Source: Rubrivivax sp.
GTDB taxonomy: Bacteria; Pseudomonadota; Gammaproteobacteria; Burkholderiales; Burkholderiaceae_C
Assembly: GCA_046087245.1 (NCBI GenBank)
Contig: JBJTZN010000091.1
Coordinates: 2,842 to 66,841 of the forward strand
Direction: 5' to 3'
DNA length: 64,000 bases
The position numbers and the translations under genes are program-made. Below, piece after piece: positions 33,003-42,502 of the stretch. The number at the start of each line of letters is the position of its first letter. Within the stretch, counting starts at the first letter, position 1. The notes beneath the pieces are model-generated. The model was not told where the DNA came from. It made no database searches and saw only the letters and a list, made by a program, of their open reading frames with translations.

Positions 33003-34760
33003 ATGCGCCGCTTTGCCGACCTGTTCCAGCAGCTGGATGCCAGCACGGCCACCACGGCCAAGGTGGCGGCCATGGTGGACTACTTCACCCAGGCGCCGCC
33101 CGAAGACGCGGCCTGGGCCGTGTACTTCCTGGCTGGCGGCAAGCCCCGCCAGGTGGTGCCCACGGCGCTGCTGCGCCAGACGGCCTGCGCTGTGGCCGGC
33201 ATCGACGAGTGGCTGTTCGAAGAGTGCTACCAGGCCGTGGGCGACCTGGCCGAAACCATCGCCCACGTGCTGCCGCCCGCGGCCGGCCCCAGCGACGCGG
33301 GCCTGGCCCATTGGGTGGAGCAGCGCCTGCTGCCGCTGAAGGGGCTGAGCGCGCAGGAGCAGGCAGCGCGCCTGCGCGCGGCCTTCGACGAGCTGGACGC
33401 GCAGGGTCGGTTCCTGCTGGTGAAACTGATCGGGGGCGGGTTCCGGGTCGGGGTGAGCAAGTTGCTGGTGCAGCGTGCGCTGGCGCAGGGCGCCGGTATC
33501 GACCCCAAGGCCGTGGCCCAGCGCATGATGGGCTACACCGACGCGCGGCAGGCGCCCAGCGCGCAGCGCTTCCAGGCCCTGGTGGCGCAGGACGGGGCCA
33601 CCACCCTGGACGCCGGCCATCCCTACCCCTTCTTCCTGGCGCACGCGCTGCCCCAGGCACCCACCGACGCCACCCTGGGCCCGGTGACCGACTGGCTGGT
33701 GGAGTGGAAATACGACGGCATCCGCGCCCAGGTGGTGCGCCGCGCCGGCCAGGTGTGGATCTGGTCGCGCGGGGAGGAACTGATGACCGAGCGCTTCCCC
33801 GAGCTCGAAACTGCGCTGCGCACGCTGCCCGAGGGCACGGTGCTGGACGGCGAGGTGCTGGCCTGGCTGCCGGGGCAGGACCAGCCCGCGCCTTTCGCCC
33901 TGCTGCAGCAGCGCATCGGCCGCAAGCAGTTGACGAAGAAGGTGCTGGCGCAGGCGCCGCTGCGCTTCGTGGCCTATGACCTGCTGGAGCAGGAGGGCCA
34001 GGATCTTCGCGGCTTGACGCAACAGCTGCGCCGCGAGCGCCTGTGCGCCTTGCTCGCGCGGGCCGACCTGCCGGCCCTGCCGGAGGGGACGCCGTGGACC
34101 GTGTCACCCGAGGTGGTGGTGGCCGACTGGGCGGCCGGCGCCGCGCTGCGCGAGAGTGCGCGCGGGCGCGGCGTGGAAGGCTTCATGCTCAAGCACCGCA
34201 GCGCGCGCTACGGCAGCGGCCGCACCAAGGCCGAGGGCACCTGGTGGAAGTGGAAGGTGGACCCGCTGAGCGTGGACGCTGTGCTGATCTATGCCCAGGC
34301 CGGCCACGGCCGGCGCGCCAGCGTCTACACCGACTACCTCTTCGCGGTCTGGAGCCGCCCGCCGGCGGATGCCGCCGAGGCCGCGGCCGTGGTGGAAGCC
34401 ATCCGCCGGCGTGAGCCGGCCCGGCCCGACGCCCTGCAGCTGGTGGCCTTCGCCAAGGCCTATTCCGGCCTGAGCGACGCCGAGTTCGCCCGCGTGGACA
34501 AGGTCATCCGCGCCACCACGCTGGAGAAGTTCGGCCCCGTGCGCAGCGTGGCCCCCAGCCTGGTGTTCGAGCTGGGCTTCGAGGGCCTGAACGCCAGCCC
34601 GCGCCACAAGAGCGGCATCGCGGTGCGCTTCCCGCGCATGCTGCGCATCCGCGACGACAAGCCCCTGCACGAGGCGGACACGCTGCAGACCTTGCGGGCG
34701 ATGCTGGCAGGCCCGCAGGCCGCCGAGGTGCACCCCGTGCCGCAGTCCTCGGCGGTGTGA
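33003..34760 (+). CDS. ATP-dependent DNA ligase (three-domain, DNA-binding + adenylation + OB)
   Basis: ORF 33003..34760 (585 aa) with the adenylation motif I VEWKYDGIRAQV. Confidence 0.88.
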   Translation: MRRFADLFQQLDASTATTAKVAAMVDYFTQAPPEDAAWAVYFLAGGKPRQVVPTALLRQTACAVAGIDEWLFEECYQAVGDLAETIAHVLPPAAGPSDAGLAHWVEQRLLPLKGLSAQEQAARLRAAFDELDAQGRFLLVKLIGGGFRVGVSKLLVQRALAQGAGIDPKAVAQRMMGYTDARQAPSAQRFQALVAQDGATTLDAGHPYPFFLAHALPQAPTDATLGPVTDWLVEWKYDGIRAQVVRRAGQVWIWSRGEELMTERFPELETALRTLPEGTVLDGEVLAWLPGQDQPAPFALLQQRIGRKQLTKKVLAQAPLRFVAYDLLEQEGQDLRGLTQQLRRERLCALLARADLPALPEGTPWTVSPEVVVADWAAGAALRESARGRGVEGFMLKHRSARYGSGRTKAEGTWWKWKVDPLSVDAVLIYAQAGHGRRASVYTDYLFAVWSRPPADAAEAAAVVEAIRRREPARPDALQLVAFAKAYSGLSDAEFARVDKVIRATTLEKFGPVRSVAPSLVFELGFEGLNASPRHKSGIAVRFPRMLRIRDDKPLHEADTLQTLRAMLAGPQAAEVHPVPQSSAV

Positions 34761-34781
34761 CACCACACCTGGGCGTGACGC

Positions 34782-35756
34782 CTAGCGTGCGAGCCACTGC
34801 GCGTACTGGTAGTACAGCGGCAGCCCCAGCAGCAGGTTGAAGGGCAGCGTGACGCCCAGCGAAGAGGTCAGGTAGATGCCGGGGTTGGCCTCGGGCAGCG
34901 AGGCGCGGCAGGCCGCGGGCGCATCGATGAACGAGGCGCTGGCGCAGATGGCGCCGAACACGAAGGCGCCGCCCACCGACAGCCCGGCGCCGTGCGCGAG
35001 CGTCACGCCCACGATGCCGTTCAGCAGGGGCATCAGCATGCCGAAGCCGGCCATGAACACACCCACCTGGCGGAAGGCCTTGATCTGGCGCGAGGCCGTG
35101 ATGCCCATCTCCAGCAGGAACAACATCAGCATGCCGCGGAACAGACCCTCATAGAAAGGCGAGATCTGCTGCCACTGCTTGTCGCTGGCGATGTAGCCGA
35201 TGGTCATGCCGCCCATCAGCAGCAGGATGCCCCGGCCCCGGATCACGCTCATGAACAATTCGCTGGCGTTGACGCGCGCGTTGCCCTTGCGGCCCATGGC
35301 CACCCGGGCGATGACCAGCGAGTAGATGACGCCGAACTCCATCAGCGCCACCATCGCGGCCATGTAGCCCTCCGCCGGCGTGCCCATCGCGGTGGCAAAG
35401 CTCATGGAGGCGAAGAAGGTCGCGGTCGAGACCGATCCGTAATGGGCGGCGATGGCGGCCGCATTGCTGATGTCCATGCGGCCCAGGCGCCGCGTGACGA
35501 TGTAGGCCAGCGTGGGGATGCCGAAGGTCATCAGCAGCGTGATGGCCAGCAGCGGCCAAAGAGCGGCCATGTCGGCCTTGGCGAGCTCGCGCCCGCCGGT
35601 CAATCCCAGCGAGAACAGCAGGTAGATCGCCAGTAGCTTGACCACGGCCTCGGGGAGCTCGAGCTCGCTCTTGACGGCGCCCGCCAGCGTGCCCAGCAGG
35701 AAGGCCAGCACGATGGGTTGCAGCAGGTTGGTCAGCAAAAGGTCCATGCCGGGCAT
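34782..35756 (-). CDS. SbtA-like / DUF897 sodium-dependent bicarbonate-transporter-family permease
   Basis: ORF 34782..35810. It is a polytopic membrane protein starting MPGMDLLLTNLLQPIVLAFLLGTLAG. ATG 35756 has GGAG 9 nt upstream. An alternative ATG lies at 35747. Confidence 0.7.
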   Translation of the reverse strand: MPGMDLLLTNLLQPIVLAFLLGTLAGAVKSELELPEAVVKLLAIYLLFSLGLTGGRELAKADMAALWPLLAITLLMTFGIPTLAYIVTRRLGRMDISNAAAIAAHYGSVSTATFFASMSFATAMGTPAEGYMAAMVALMEFGVIYSLVIARVAMGRKGNARVNASELFMSVIRGRGILLLMGGMTIGYIASDKQWQQISPFYEGLFRGMLMLFLLEMGITASRQIKAFRQVGVFMAGFGMLMPLLNGIVGVTLAHGAGLSVGGAFVFGAICASASFIDAPAACRASLPEANPGIYLTSSLGVTLPFNLLLGLPLYYQYAQWLAR

Positions 35757-35908
35757 GAGAGGTCTCCAGAGGGGGCCGGCGTCGGGCCGCCTGGAAGGAA
35801 CCCGCCACAAATCCAGGTTGAGCGATCAGCATCACTGTAGGCATCCAGTGCGCTGGAGTCCAATTCATCTTTCGACACTCATGGTTTGATAAAAGTTAAG
35901 CTTCCGAC

Positions 35909-36814
35909 ATGGCCGAGTTGAACTTCCATCATCTGCGTTACTTCTGGGTGGTGGCCCATCGCCGCCACCTGACCAAGGCGGCCGAGGCGCTGCACGTCTC
36001 GCCCTCGGCACTGTCGATCCAGTTGCGCCAACTGGAGGAACGCCTGGGGCACGCGCTGTTCGAGCGCAGGAACCGCCAGCTCGTGCTCACCGAGGCCGGC
36101 CGCGTGGCGCTGGCGCATGCCGACACCATCTTCCAGGCCGGCCAGGAGCTGCTGGGCGCACTGCGCGGCACGTCGACGCTGAAGCGCGCGGTGCTGCGGG
36201 TGGGGTCGGTGGCCACGCTGTCGCGCAACTTCCAGCTCGGCTGGCTGTCACCCCTGCTGCGTGACGAGCAGGTGCAGATCCGGCTGGTGTCGGGAACGCC
36301 TCGCGAACTGCTGGCGCAGTTGTCGGCGCACACGCTGGACGTGGTGCTGTCCAACGAGGCGGCGCCTCGCGACACCTCGGCCGGGTGGGTGAGCCGCCGC
36401 GTGGCGTCGCAGTCGCTCAGCCTGGTGTCGCGCCCGCCGGAACGTCTGCGCAAGGGTAGGGGCAAGCGGCCCGCCCGCCCGGCCTTTCGCTTCCCTCAGG
36501 ACCTGGACGGCCAGCCCTTGATCCTGCCCAGCGCAGACAGCGCCGTGCGCCCCGCCTTCGACCTGCTGCTGGAAGAGGCCGGCGTGCGCCCGGTGCTGCT
36601 GGCCGAGGTGGACGACATGGCCATGCTGCGCCTGCTGGCGCGCGAGACCGGCGCCCTGGCCCTGGTGCCGCCCGTGGTGGTGAGCGACGAGTTGCGCAAC
36701 GGCGTGCTGGTCGAGCGTTGCAGCATCCCGCAACTGCAGGAGCGCTTCTATGCCATCACCATGCGGCGCCGCTTCGCCCACCCGGTGCTGCGCGGGATGC
36801 TGGGCCTGGCTTGA
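35909..36814 (+). CDS. LysR family transcriptional regulator (divergent from the SbtA-like permease)
   Basis: ORF 35909..36814 with the HTH FHHLRYFWVVAHRRHLTKAAEALHVSPSALSIQLRQLE. Confidence 0.9.
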   Translation: MAELNFHHLRYFWVVAHRRHLTKAAEALHVSPSALSIQLRQLEERLGHALFERRNRQLVLTEAGRVALAHADTIFQAGQELLGALRGTSTLKRAVLRVGSVATLSRNFQLGWLSPLLRDEQVQIRLVSGTPRELLAQLSAHTLDVVLSNEAAPRDTSAGWVSRRVASQSLSLVSRPPERLRKGRGKRPARPAFRFPQDLDGQPLILPSADSAVRPAFDLLLEEAGVRPVLLAEVDDMAMLRLLARETGALALVPPVVVSDELRNGVLVERCSIPQLQERFYAITMRRRFAHPVLRGMLGLA

Positions 36815-36856
36815 TGCCTGGAGCGCGGGGCACCCGCGCCCGCGGCCGACGGGCCC

Positions 36857-39520
36857 TCAACCCCGCCGCCGGGCGATGTGCCCCAGCAAGGGCAGCAGGG
36901 CCACGCTGGTCAGCCCTGCCAGGCTCAAGATGAGTGCCGACGGCTCGGCAAAGCCGAACACGGAGCGCAGCGCAGGCACGGTCATCGTCAGGCCCAGCAG
37001 CAAGCCGCTGACCAGCAAGACCGTCCAGAGCGCCGGGTTCGGGCGCCGCAGAGAAACACCCAAGGCCACGCTGAAGCTGCGGTTGGCCAGCACCAGGGCT
37101 GCCACGCTGCCCACCAGGGCGGCGAACACCGCGGCGCGCACCTCTTCGACACCGCTGCCGGACCAGGTCACGGCTGCGTACAGCGCCGCCAGCACGGCCA
37201 GCACCGCGCCGCCCTGCCACAGGCCCAGGCGCACCAGGTCCGCCGAGACGATGGGGGCGGCGGGGTCGCGCGGCGCCCGGGCCATCACGTCGTCCTCGTC
37301 GCCCTCGGCCTCGAAGACGATGGCGCATACCGGGTCGATCACCAGTTCCAGGAAGGCGATGTGCACGGGCGTGAACAGCGGGGGCCAGCCCAGCAGCAGC
37401 GGCAGCAGCGCCAGGCCCGCGATGGGCACGTGCACGGCCAGCACGAACACCATGCCCTTGCGCACGTTGTCCAGGATGCGCCGACCCATGCGCAAGCCCT
37501 TCACGATGGCGCCGAAGTCGTCTTCCATCAGCACCAGGCTGGCGGCCTCACGCGCCACGTCGGTGCCGCGCCGGCCCATGGCGATGCCGATGTGCGCGGC
37601 CTTCAGCGCCGGGGCGTCGTTGACGCCGTCGCCCGTCATGGCCACGACCTCGCCACCGGCTTTCAGGGCCTGCACCAGCTTGAGCTTCTGCTGCGGCATC
37701 ACGCGGGCGAAGACGCTGGTGCGCAGCGCCCGCTCGCGCAGCGCGGCCTCGTCCAGCGCCTCGATGTCGGCGCCGGTGAGCACGCCCCCCGAGGTGTCGA
37801 TGCCGGCCTCGGCCGCGATGGCCAGCGCCGTGCCGGGGTGGTCGCCGGTGACCATGGCCACGCGCACGCCGGCCCGCCGGCACTCGGCCACGGCGGCAGG
37901 CACTTCGGGGCGCAGCGGGTCGGCCAGGGCGACCAGGCCCAGGAGCTGGAACTCGAAGCCGTGGGGGGTGGCGGGCCAGGGCGCGCCGGGATCGGTGGTC
38001 TGGGAGGGGGCCACGGCCCGCGCCACGGCCAGCACGCGCTTGCCGCTGGAGGTGAACTGCCGGGCCGCCTCCTGCCAGACGGCGGCCTGCGTCTCGCTCA
38101 GGCGGCACAGCAGCGCCATCGCCTCGGGCGCGCCCTTGGCCGAGATGGTGGGCGATTCCTGCCCAGGTGCTTGCCACGCATGCGACATCGCCAGCAGTTC
38201 AGGTGTCAGGCCCCAGGCGTGCACCAGTTCCCAGCCGTCATGGCCATGGGCCGGGTCCAGGTGTTCCTGGCCCAGGGCGTGGAAGGCGCGCTCCATGGGG
38301 TCGAAGGGTTCGGGCTGGCTGGCCAGCACCGCGGCTTCGAGCAGGGCATGGAAAGCTTCGGGCAGCGGGGCGGCCGGTCTGGCGCCGCCGGCTGTCCACA
38401 CCCGCAGGGCTGGCGGATCCGCAGCGGCCGGATCCCGAGCCACCGGGTTCTCCAGGTTCGCCACCGGCAGGCCCATCACCACCAGGTCGGTCACGGCCAT
38501 GCGGTTCCAGGTCAGCGTGCCGGTCTTGTCCGTGCACAGCACCGTGGCCGCGCCCAGCGCCTCGATGGCGGCCGGCCGGCGCGCCAGCACGCGCTCGTGC
38601 GACAGGCGCCATGCCCCCATGGCCATGAACACCGTCAGGATCAGCGAAAACTCTTCGGGCAGCAGCGACATGGCCAGCGTCACGCCACCCAGCAAGGCGG
38701 CCAGCCAGTCCCCTCTTGTGAGCCCGAAGGCCAGGATGAACAGCAGGCTGGCGGCCGCGCCGGCCATGGCGGCCAGACGCACGAGTCGGCGCGTCTGCAG
38801 CGTCAGGGGCGTGTCCGGGGTCTCGATGCTGCCCAGCGCGTGCCCGATGCGCCCCATGGCGCTGGCCGCGCCGGTGGCGGTGACCTGTGCGATACCCTGG
38901 CCCTTGACCACCACCGAGCCGGCCCAGACGAAGGGTTGTCCGTCACCGCCGGGCTGGGCACTGGCGGCGGCCGCGTCCGGTGCCTGCGCTGCCCCGTCGG
39001 GCCCGGGCGCAGCCGCGGTCTTGCGTACCGGTACGGACTCGCCCGTCAGCAGCGACTCGTCGGTCTCCAGCGCGTGGGCCGACCGCAGCACGCCGTCGGC
39101 GGCCACGCGGTCGCCCTCGCCGATCAGCAGCAGATCGCCCCGCACCACCTCGCGTCCGGGAATGCGCAGGCGCTCGCCGCCCCGCAGCACCAGGGCCCGG
39201 GGGCTGGCCAGGTCCCGCAGCGCCTCCAGCACACGCTCGGTGCGCTGCTGCTGCACCACTGACAGCCCGATGGTCACGAGCACGAACAGCCCCAGCAGCA
39301 GCGCCTCGTGCACGTCGCCCAGCAGCAGGTAGATCGCCACGCCGGCCAGCAGGAACTGCGACATCGGGTCGCGCGCGGCTTCCAGCACGATGCGCCCCAG
39401 CGTGCGCGGTCGGCGCCGCGGCAACTCGTTGGGCCCTTGGGCCTGCAGGCGTTGCCGGGCTTCCAGGGCGGACAGGCCTTGTGCCAGCGTGTGGGTCATC
39501 GGACCCGATCTTGCGCCCAT
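36857..39520 (-). CDS. cation-transporting P-type ATPase (P2, Ca2+/Mg2+-type)
   Basis: ORF 36857..39520. It has [20 protein letters not shown] and a GPNEL N-terminal motif. The start may instead be ATG 39499 (MTHTLAQGLSALEARQRLQAQGPNEL). Confidence 0.9.
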   Translation of the reverse strand: MGARSGPMTHTLAQGLSALEARQRLQAQGPNELPRRRPRTLGRIVLEAARDPMSQFLLAGVAIYLLLGDVHEALLLGLFVLVTIGLSVVQQQRTERVLEALRDLASPRALVLRGGERLRIPGREVVRGDLLLIGEGDRVAADGVLRSAHALETDESLLTGESVPVRKTAAAPGPDGAAQAPDAAAASAQPGGDGQPFVWAGSVVVKGQGIAQVTATGAASAMGRIGHALGSIETPDTPLTLQTRRLVRLAAMAGAAASLLFILAFGLTRGDWLAALLGGVTLAMSLLPEEFSLILTVFMAMGAWRLSHERVLARRPAAIEALGAATVLCTDKTGTLTWNRMAVTDLVVMGLPVANLENPVARDPAAADPPALRVWTAGGARPAAPLPEAFHALLEAAVLASQPEPFDPMERAFHALGQEHLDPAHGHDGWELVHAWGLTPELLAMSHAWQAPGQESPTISAKGAPEAMALLCRLSETQAAVWQEAARQFTSSGKRVLAVARAVAPSQTTDPGAPWPATPHGFEFQLLGLVALADPLRPEVPAAVAECRRAGVRVAMVTGDHPGTALAIAAEAGIDTSGGVLTGADIEALDEAALRERALRTSVFARVMPQQKLKLVQALKAGGEVVAMTGDGVNDAPALKAAHIGIAMGRRGTDVAREAASLVLMEDDFGAIVKGLRMGRRILDNVRKGMVFVLAVHVPIAGLALLPLLLGWPPLFTPVHIAFLELVIDPVCAIVFEAEGDEDDVMARAPRDPAAPIVSADLVRLGLWQGGAVLAVLAALYAAVTWSGSGVEEVRAAVFAALVGSVAALVLANRSFSVALGVSLRRPNPALWTVLLVSGLLLGLTMTVPALRSVFGFAEPSALILSLAGLTSVALLPLLGHIARRRG

Positions 39521-39596
39521 GCAGGCCCTGGGGGCCTGTCCTGGATCAAGGCTGCAGGGGCAGTCCAGGCCGCGCGGCCCGGATCAACCCTGGCGT

Positions 39597-40973
39597 TCAC
39601 CCAGCGCGGACGTGCTGTCCTGGGGCTTGCGGCATCCCCGTTTGAACCGTGCCGCGTCGTGCCGCCAACGCGCACCGTCCTGACGCGGCTGCGTGCGTTG
39701 CTCGGGCCCCATAGCGCTGCAGCGACAGGTCGTCGGTGCGGATGTCGGCGCGCCGGTCGGTGACGAGGTCGGCCACGACCCGGGCGCTGCCGCAGGCCAT
39801 GGTCCAGCCCAGGGTGCCGTGCCCCGTGTTGAGGAACAGCCCGTCCCAGCGGGTGGCCCCGATGACCGGTGTGCTGTCGGGCGTCATCGGCCGCAGGCCG
39901 GTCCAGAACTGCGCCTGCGGCAGATCGCCCCCGGGGAAGAGGTCCCGCGTCACCATCTCCAGCGTGGCACGGCGGCGCAGATCCAGCCGAAGGTCGAAAC
40001 CGCTCAGCTCGGCCATGCCGCCCACGCGGATGCGGTCGCCCAGGCGGGTCAGCGCGATCTTGTAAGTCTCGTCCAGCACGGTGGATTGCGGCGCGCGTGA
40101 GGCATCCAGCAGCGGAATCGTCAGCGAGTAGCCCTTGACGGGGTAGACCGGCAGGTCCAGGCCCAGCGGCTGCAGCAACTCTCGCGAGAAGCTGCCCAGC
40201 GCCAGCACCACGCGGTCGGCCGGCAGTACGGGCCCGGGGCCGCCGCCCGGGGTGGCCAACTGCACGCCCGTCACGGCCTGGCCGGCCGTCAGCAACCGCG
40301 TCACGGCGGTGTTGAAGCGGAACTCCACGCCCAGTCGCCGGGCCTCCTGCGCCAGTCGGCGGGTGAAGAGGTGGCAGTCGCCCGTCTCGTCGCCGGGCAG
40401 GCGCAGGCCGCCGCTCAGACGTTCACGGGCGTGCGCCAGGCCCGGCTCCACGCGCGCCAGACCGTCACGGTCCAGCACCTCGAAGTCCACACCGCAGTCC
40501 TGGAGTAAGGCGGTGTCGCGCCCCAAGGCATCCATCTGCGCCTGGGTGCGCATGAGCTGCAGGGTGCCGCCGGTGCGGTGGTCGTACTCGATGCCGATGT
40601 CCTGACGCAGTTGCTGCAGGCAGTCGCGGCTGTAGACGGCCACGCGCATCAGGCGCTCCTTGTTGATGGCGTAGTTCGCCGCGGTGCACTGGCGCAGCAT
40701 CTGCACCATCCAGCGCAGCTGGAACAGGCTGCCGTCCGGGCGCAGGGCCAGGGGGGCATGGCGCTGGAACATCCACTTCAGGGCCTTGAGCGGGATGCCC
40801 GGTGCAGCCCAAGGGGTGGAATAGCCCGGCGAGATCTGGCCGGCGTTGGCGAAGCTGGTCTCCAGGGCCGGCCCGGGCTGGCGCTCCAGCACGGTGACTT
40901 CCGCGCCTGCGCGGGCCAGGTAATAGGCGGTGGTGGTGCCGATGACGCCACTTCCCAGGACGATGACCTTCAT
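39597..40973 (-). CDS. dadA: D-amino-acid dehydrogenase
   Basis: ORF 39597..40973. It has the FAD fold [31 protein letters not shown] and a DadA-like body. It carries about 25-30 extra C-terminal residues compared with the DadA length I remember. Confidence 0.9.
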   Translation of the reverse strand: MKVIVLGSGVIGTTTAYYLARAGAEVTVLERQPGPALETSFANAGQISPGYSTPWAAPGIPLKALKWMFQRHAPLALRPDGSLFQLRWMVQMLRQCTAANYAINKERLMRVAVYSRDCLQQLRQDIGIEYDHRTGGTLQLMRTQAQMDALGRDTALLQDCGVDFEVLDRDGLARVEPGLAHARERLSGGLRLPGDETGDCHLFTRRLAQEARRLGVEFRFNTAVTRLLTAGQAVTGVQLATPGGGPGPVLPADRVVLALGSFSRELLQPLGLDLPVYPVKGYSLTIPLLDASRAPQSTVLDETYKIALTRLGDRIRVGGMAELSGFDLRLDLRRRATLEMVTRDLFPGGDLPQAQFWTGLRPMTPDSTPVIGATRWDGLFLNTGHGTLGWTMACGSARVVADLVTDRRADIRTDDLSLQRYGARATHAAASGRCALAARRGTVQTGMPQAPGQHVRAG

Positions 40974-41023
40974 TCAAACCCCTCTTGAATCTCTGGTGAG
41001 ACACGAACTTGACCGTTTGAATG
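40971..41023 (-). promoter_or_regulatory. dadA leader with competing inverted repeats that include the start codon
   Basis: cattcaaac (40971-40979, contains the dadA ATG on the minus strand) is the perfect reverse complement of gtttgaatg (41015-41023). A second partner, cttgaat, lies at 40984-40990. The SD-like gagggg lies between them. The region is AT-rich and shared with divergent lrp. Confidence 0.3.
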
Positions 41024-41135
41024 TGAAGTTTATGGATTGGAGAGCAGCAAACTTTTTGGAATTTATGATGTAGAGCAGTAAAGTCAATCAAAGTCCGGCT
41101 CTGGTGCCTTCCTTCCCCCGAAACTTTTCCTGACC

Positions 41136-41603
41136 ATGGCTGAACTCGACCGTATCGACCGCCGCATCCTGGACATCCTGCAGCGCGAGGGGCGCATTTC
41201 CATGACCGAACTCGGCGAGCGCATCGGGCTGTCCACCTCGCCCTGCGCGGAGCGGGTGCGACGCATGGAGCGCCACGGCGTGATCACCGGCTACCACGCG
41301 CGCGTGGATCCCAAGGCCCTGGGACGCACGCTGCTGGTGTTCGTGGAAATCACCCTCTCGGCCAAGTCAGGCGAGGTGTTCGACGAAGTGCGCAAGGCCT
41401 TGCTGCACATGCCCGAGGTGATGGAGTGCCACCTGGTCTCGGGCAGCTTCGACTACCTGGTCAAGGCACGGATGTCGGAGATGGCCGAGTACCGCAACCT
41501 GCTGGGCGACATCCTCAAGCGCATCCCCGTGCCATGCCAGTCGCACAGCTACGTGGTGATGGAGGAGGTCAAGGAGACGACGGCCCTGGTGGTGCCAACC
41601 TGA
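41136..41603 (+). CDS. lrp: Lrp/AsnC family transcriptional regulator
   Basis: ORF 41136..41603 with LDRIDRRILDILQREGRISMTELGERIGLSTSPCAERVRRME. It is divergent from dadA, the classical arrangement. Confidence 0.9.
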   Translation: MAELDRIDRRILDILQREGRISMTELGERIGLSTSPCAERVRRMERHGVITGYHARVDPKALGRTLLVFVEITLSAKSGEVFDEVRKALLHMPEVMECHLVSGSFDYLVKARMSEMAEYRNLLGDILKRIPVPCQSHSYVVMEEVKETTALVVPT

Positions 41604-41973
41604 AGGGCGGCCGGGCCCGGGCCCGAGCCAGGCGACGCCAGCGCCAGGCGGCCACAGCGCCCGCGGCCAGGAAGCCCAGGGCCAGCGCACCGGCCACGCC
41701 TGCCCGCTGCCCCGGCTCGACTCCTAGCAGCACCCCCACCACGCCGAGCACGGCGCCGGTGAACAGCAGGAACAGCGTGACGGTGGCGCCGATCCACAAG
41801 TTCGCCACGCGCCGACGTTCCGCCTCGATCTCGAGTGCGAGCAACTCCAGGCGGGTCGTGGCGATGCCCGCCAGGCTGCCCAGCAGGCGGCGCATCAGGC
41901 CCGGCAGGACCATGCGCCCTCCCCCCGCCCAGGCCGCGAGGGCCAGGGCGCGCGCGACCCAGGGTGCGTGCAC
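41569..41973 (-). CDS. YqjE-like (DUF1469) inner-membrane protein
   Basis: ORF 41569..41973. It reads ...TTRLELLALEIEAERRRVANLW followed by two TM helices, and lies downstream of a DUF883 gene as in E. coli yqjD-yqjE. The start is uncertain (41973 or ATG 41913). The 3' end overlaps lrp by 35 nt. Confidence 0.6.
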   Translation of the reverse strand: MHAPWVARALALAAWAGGGRMVLPGLMRRLLGSLAGIATTRLELLALEIEAERRRVANLWIGATVTLFLLFTGAVLGVVGVLLGVEPGQRAGVAGALALGFLAAGAVAAWRWRRLARARARPPFRLAPPGPSSP

Positions 41974-42004
41974 GCGCCCCGCGCGGTACGTGCGGCCAAG
42001 CCGC

Positions 42005-42328
42005 TCAGCGCCGCGAGGCCAGAAAGCCGATCAGCAGACCTGTGGCTGCTGCAATGCCCATGGCGCTGTAGGGATGGGCTTGCACGGACTGGTCGGCCTG
42101 CTGGGCGGCGCGCTTGACCCGCTCCAGCGTCGCCTGGTTCAACTCGTCGAGCTGGGCGCGCATCTCGCGCACCTGCACCGAGAGCCGGTCGCGCACGGCA
42201 TTGAACTTCTGGTCGCCGCTGTCCGCGGCCGAGCGCAGGTAGGAGTCGATCTCGTCCACCATGTGGCGCAGTTGGTGGCTGCTGTTCTGGCTGCCGTCTG
42301 CAGACACGGTGCGGGTGTTGGCGTCCAT
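42005..42328 (-). CDS. DUF883 (ElaB/YqjD/YgaM family) membrane-anchored protein
   Basis: ORF 42005..42328 (107 aa). It has a coiled-coil body and a C-terminal anchor AMGIAAATGLLIGFLASRR. Confidence 0.8.
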   Translation of the reverse strand: MDANTRTVSADGSQNSSHQLRHMVDEIDSYLRSAADSGDQKFNAVRDRLSVQVREMRAQLDELNQATLERVKRAAQQADQSVQAHPYSAMGIAAATGLLIGFLASRR

Positions 42329-42502
42329 GAGAATTCCTTGCAGGGGTTGAAGAAGGGTGGCGAAGAGGTGTTGCGGCCTGTGGACCGCGCAGCCACAGCA
42401 TCTCTCTTCCGCCCCATGCAGGGTTTGCGAACGCGCAGCAAGCCACCGGGTTTTTGCGCCGCAGCCTTCTCGGCCAGCGGTCGTGCGGGAGCGCGGTTCC
42501 GC

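Noticed and set aside
41569-42328. The 'holin-like' label sometimes attached to YqjE/DUF1469 proteins, as a hint of a prophage
   Set aside because: The gene pairs with a DUF883 (yqjD-like) gene, as in the chromosomal yqjD-yqjE stress cluster. No phage, lysis or integrase genes are present anywhere in the window.
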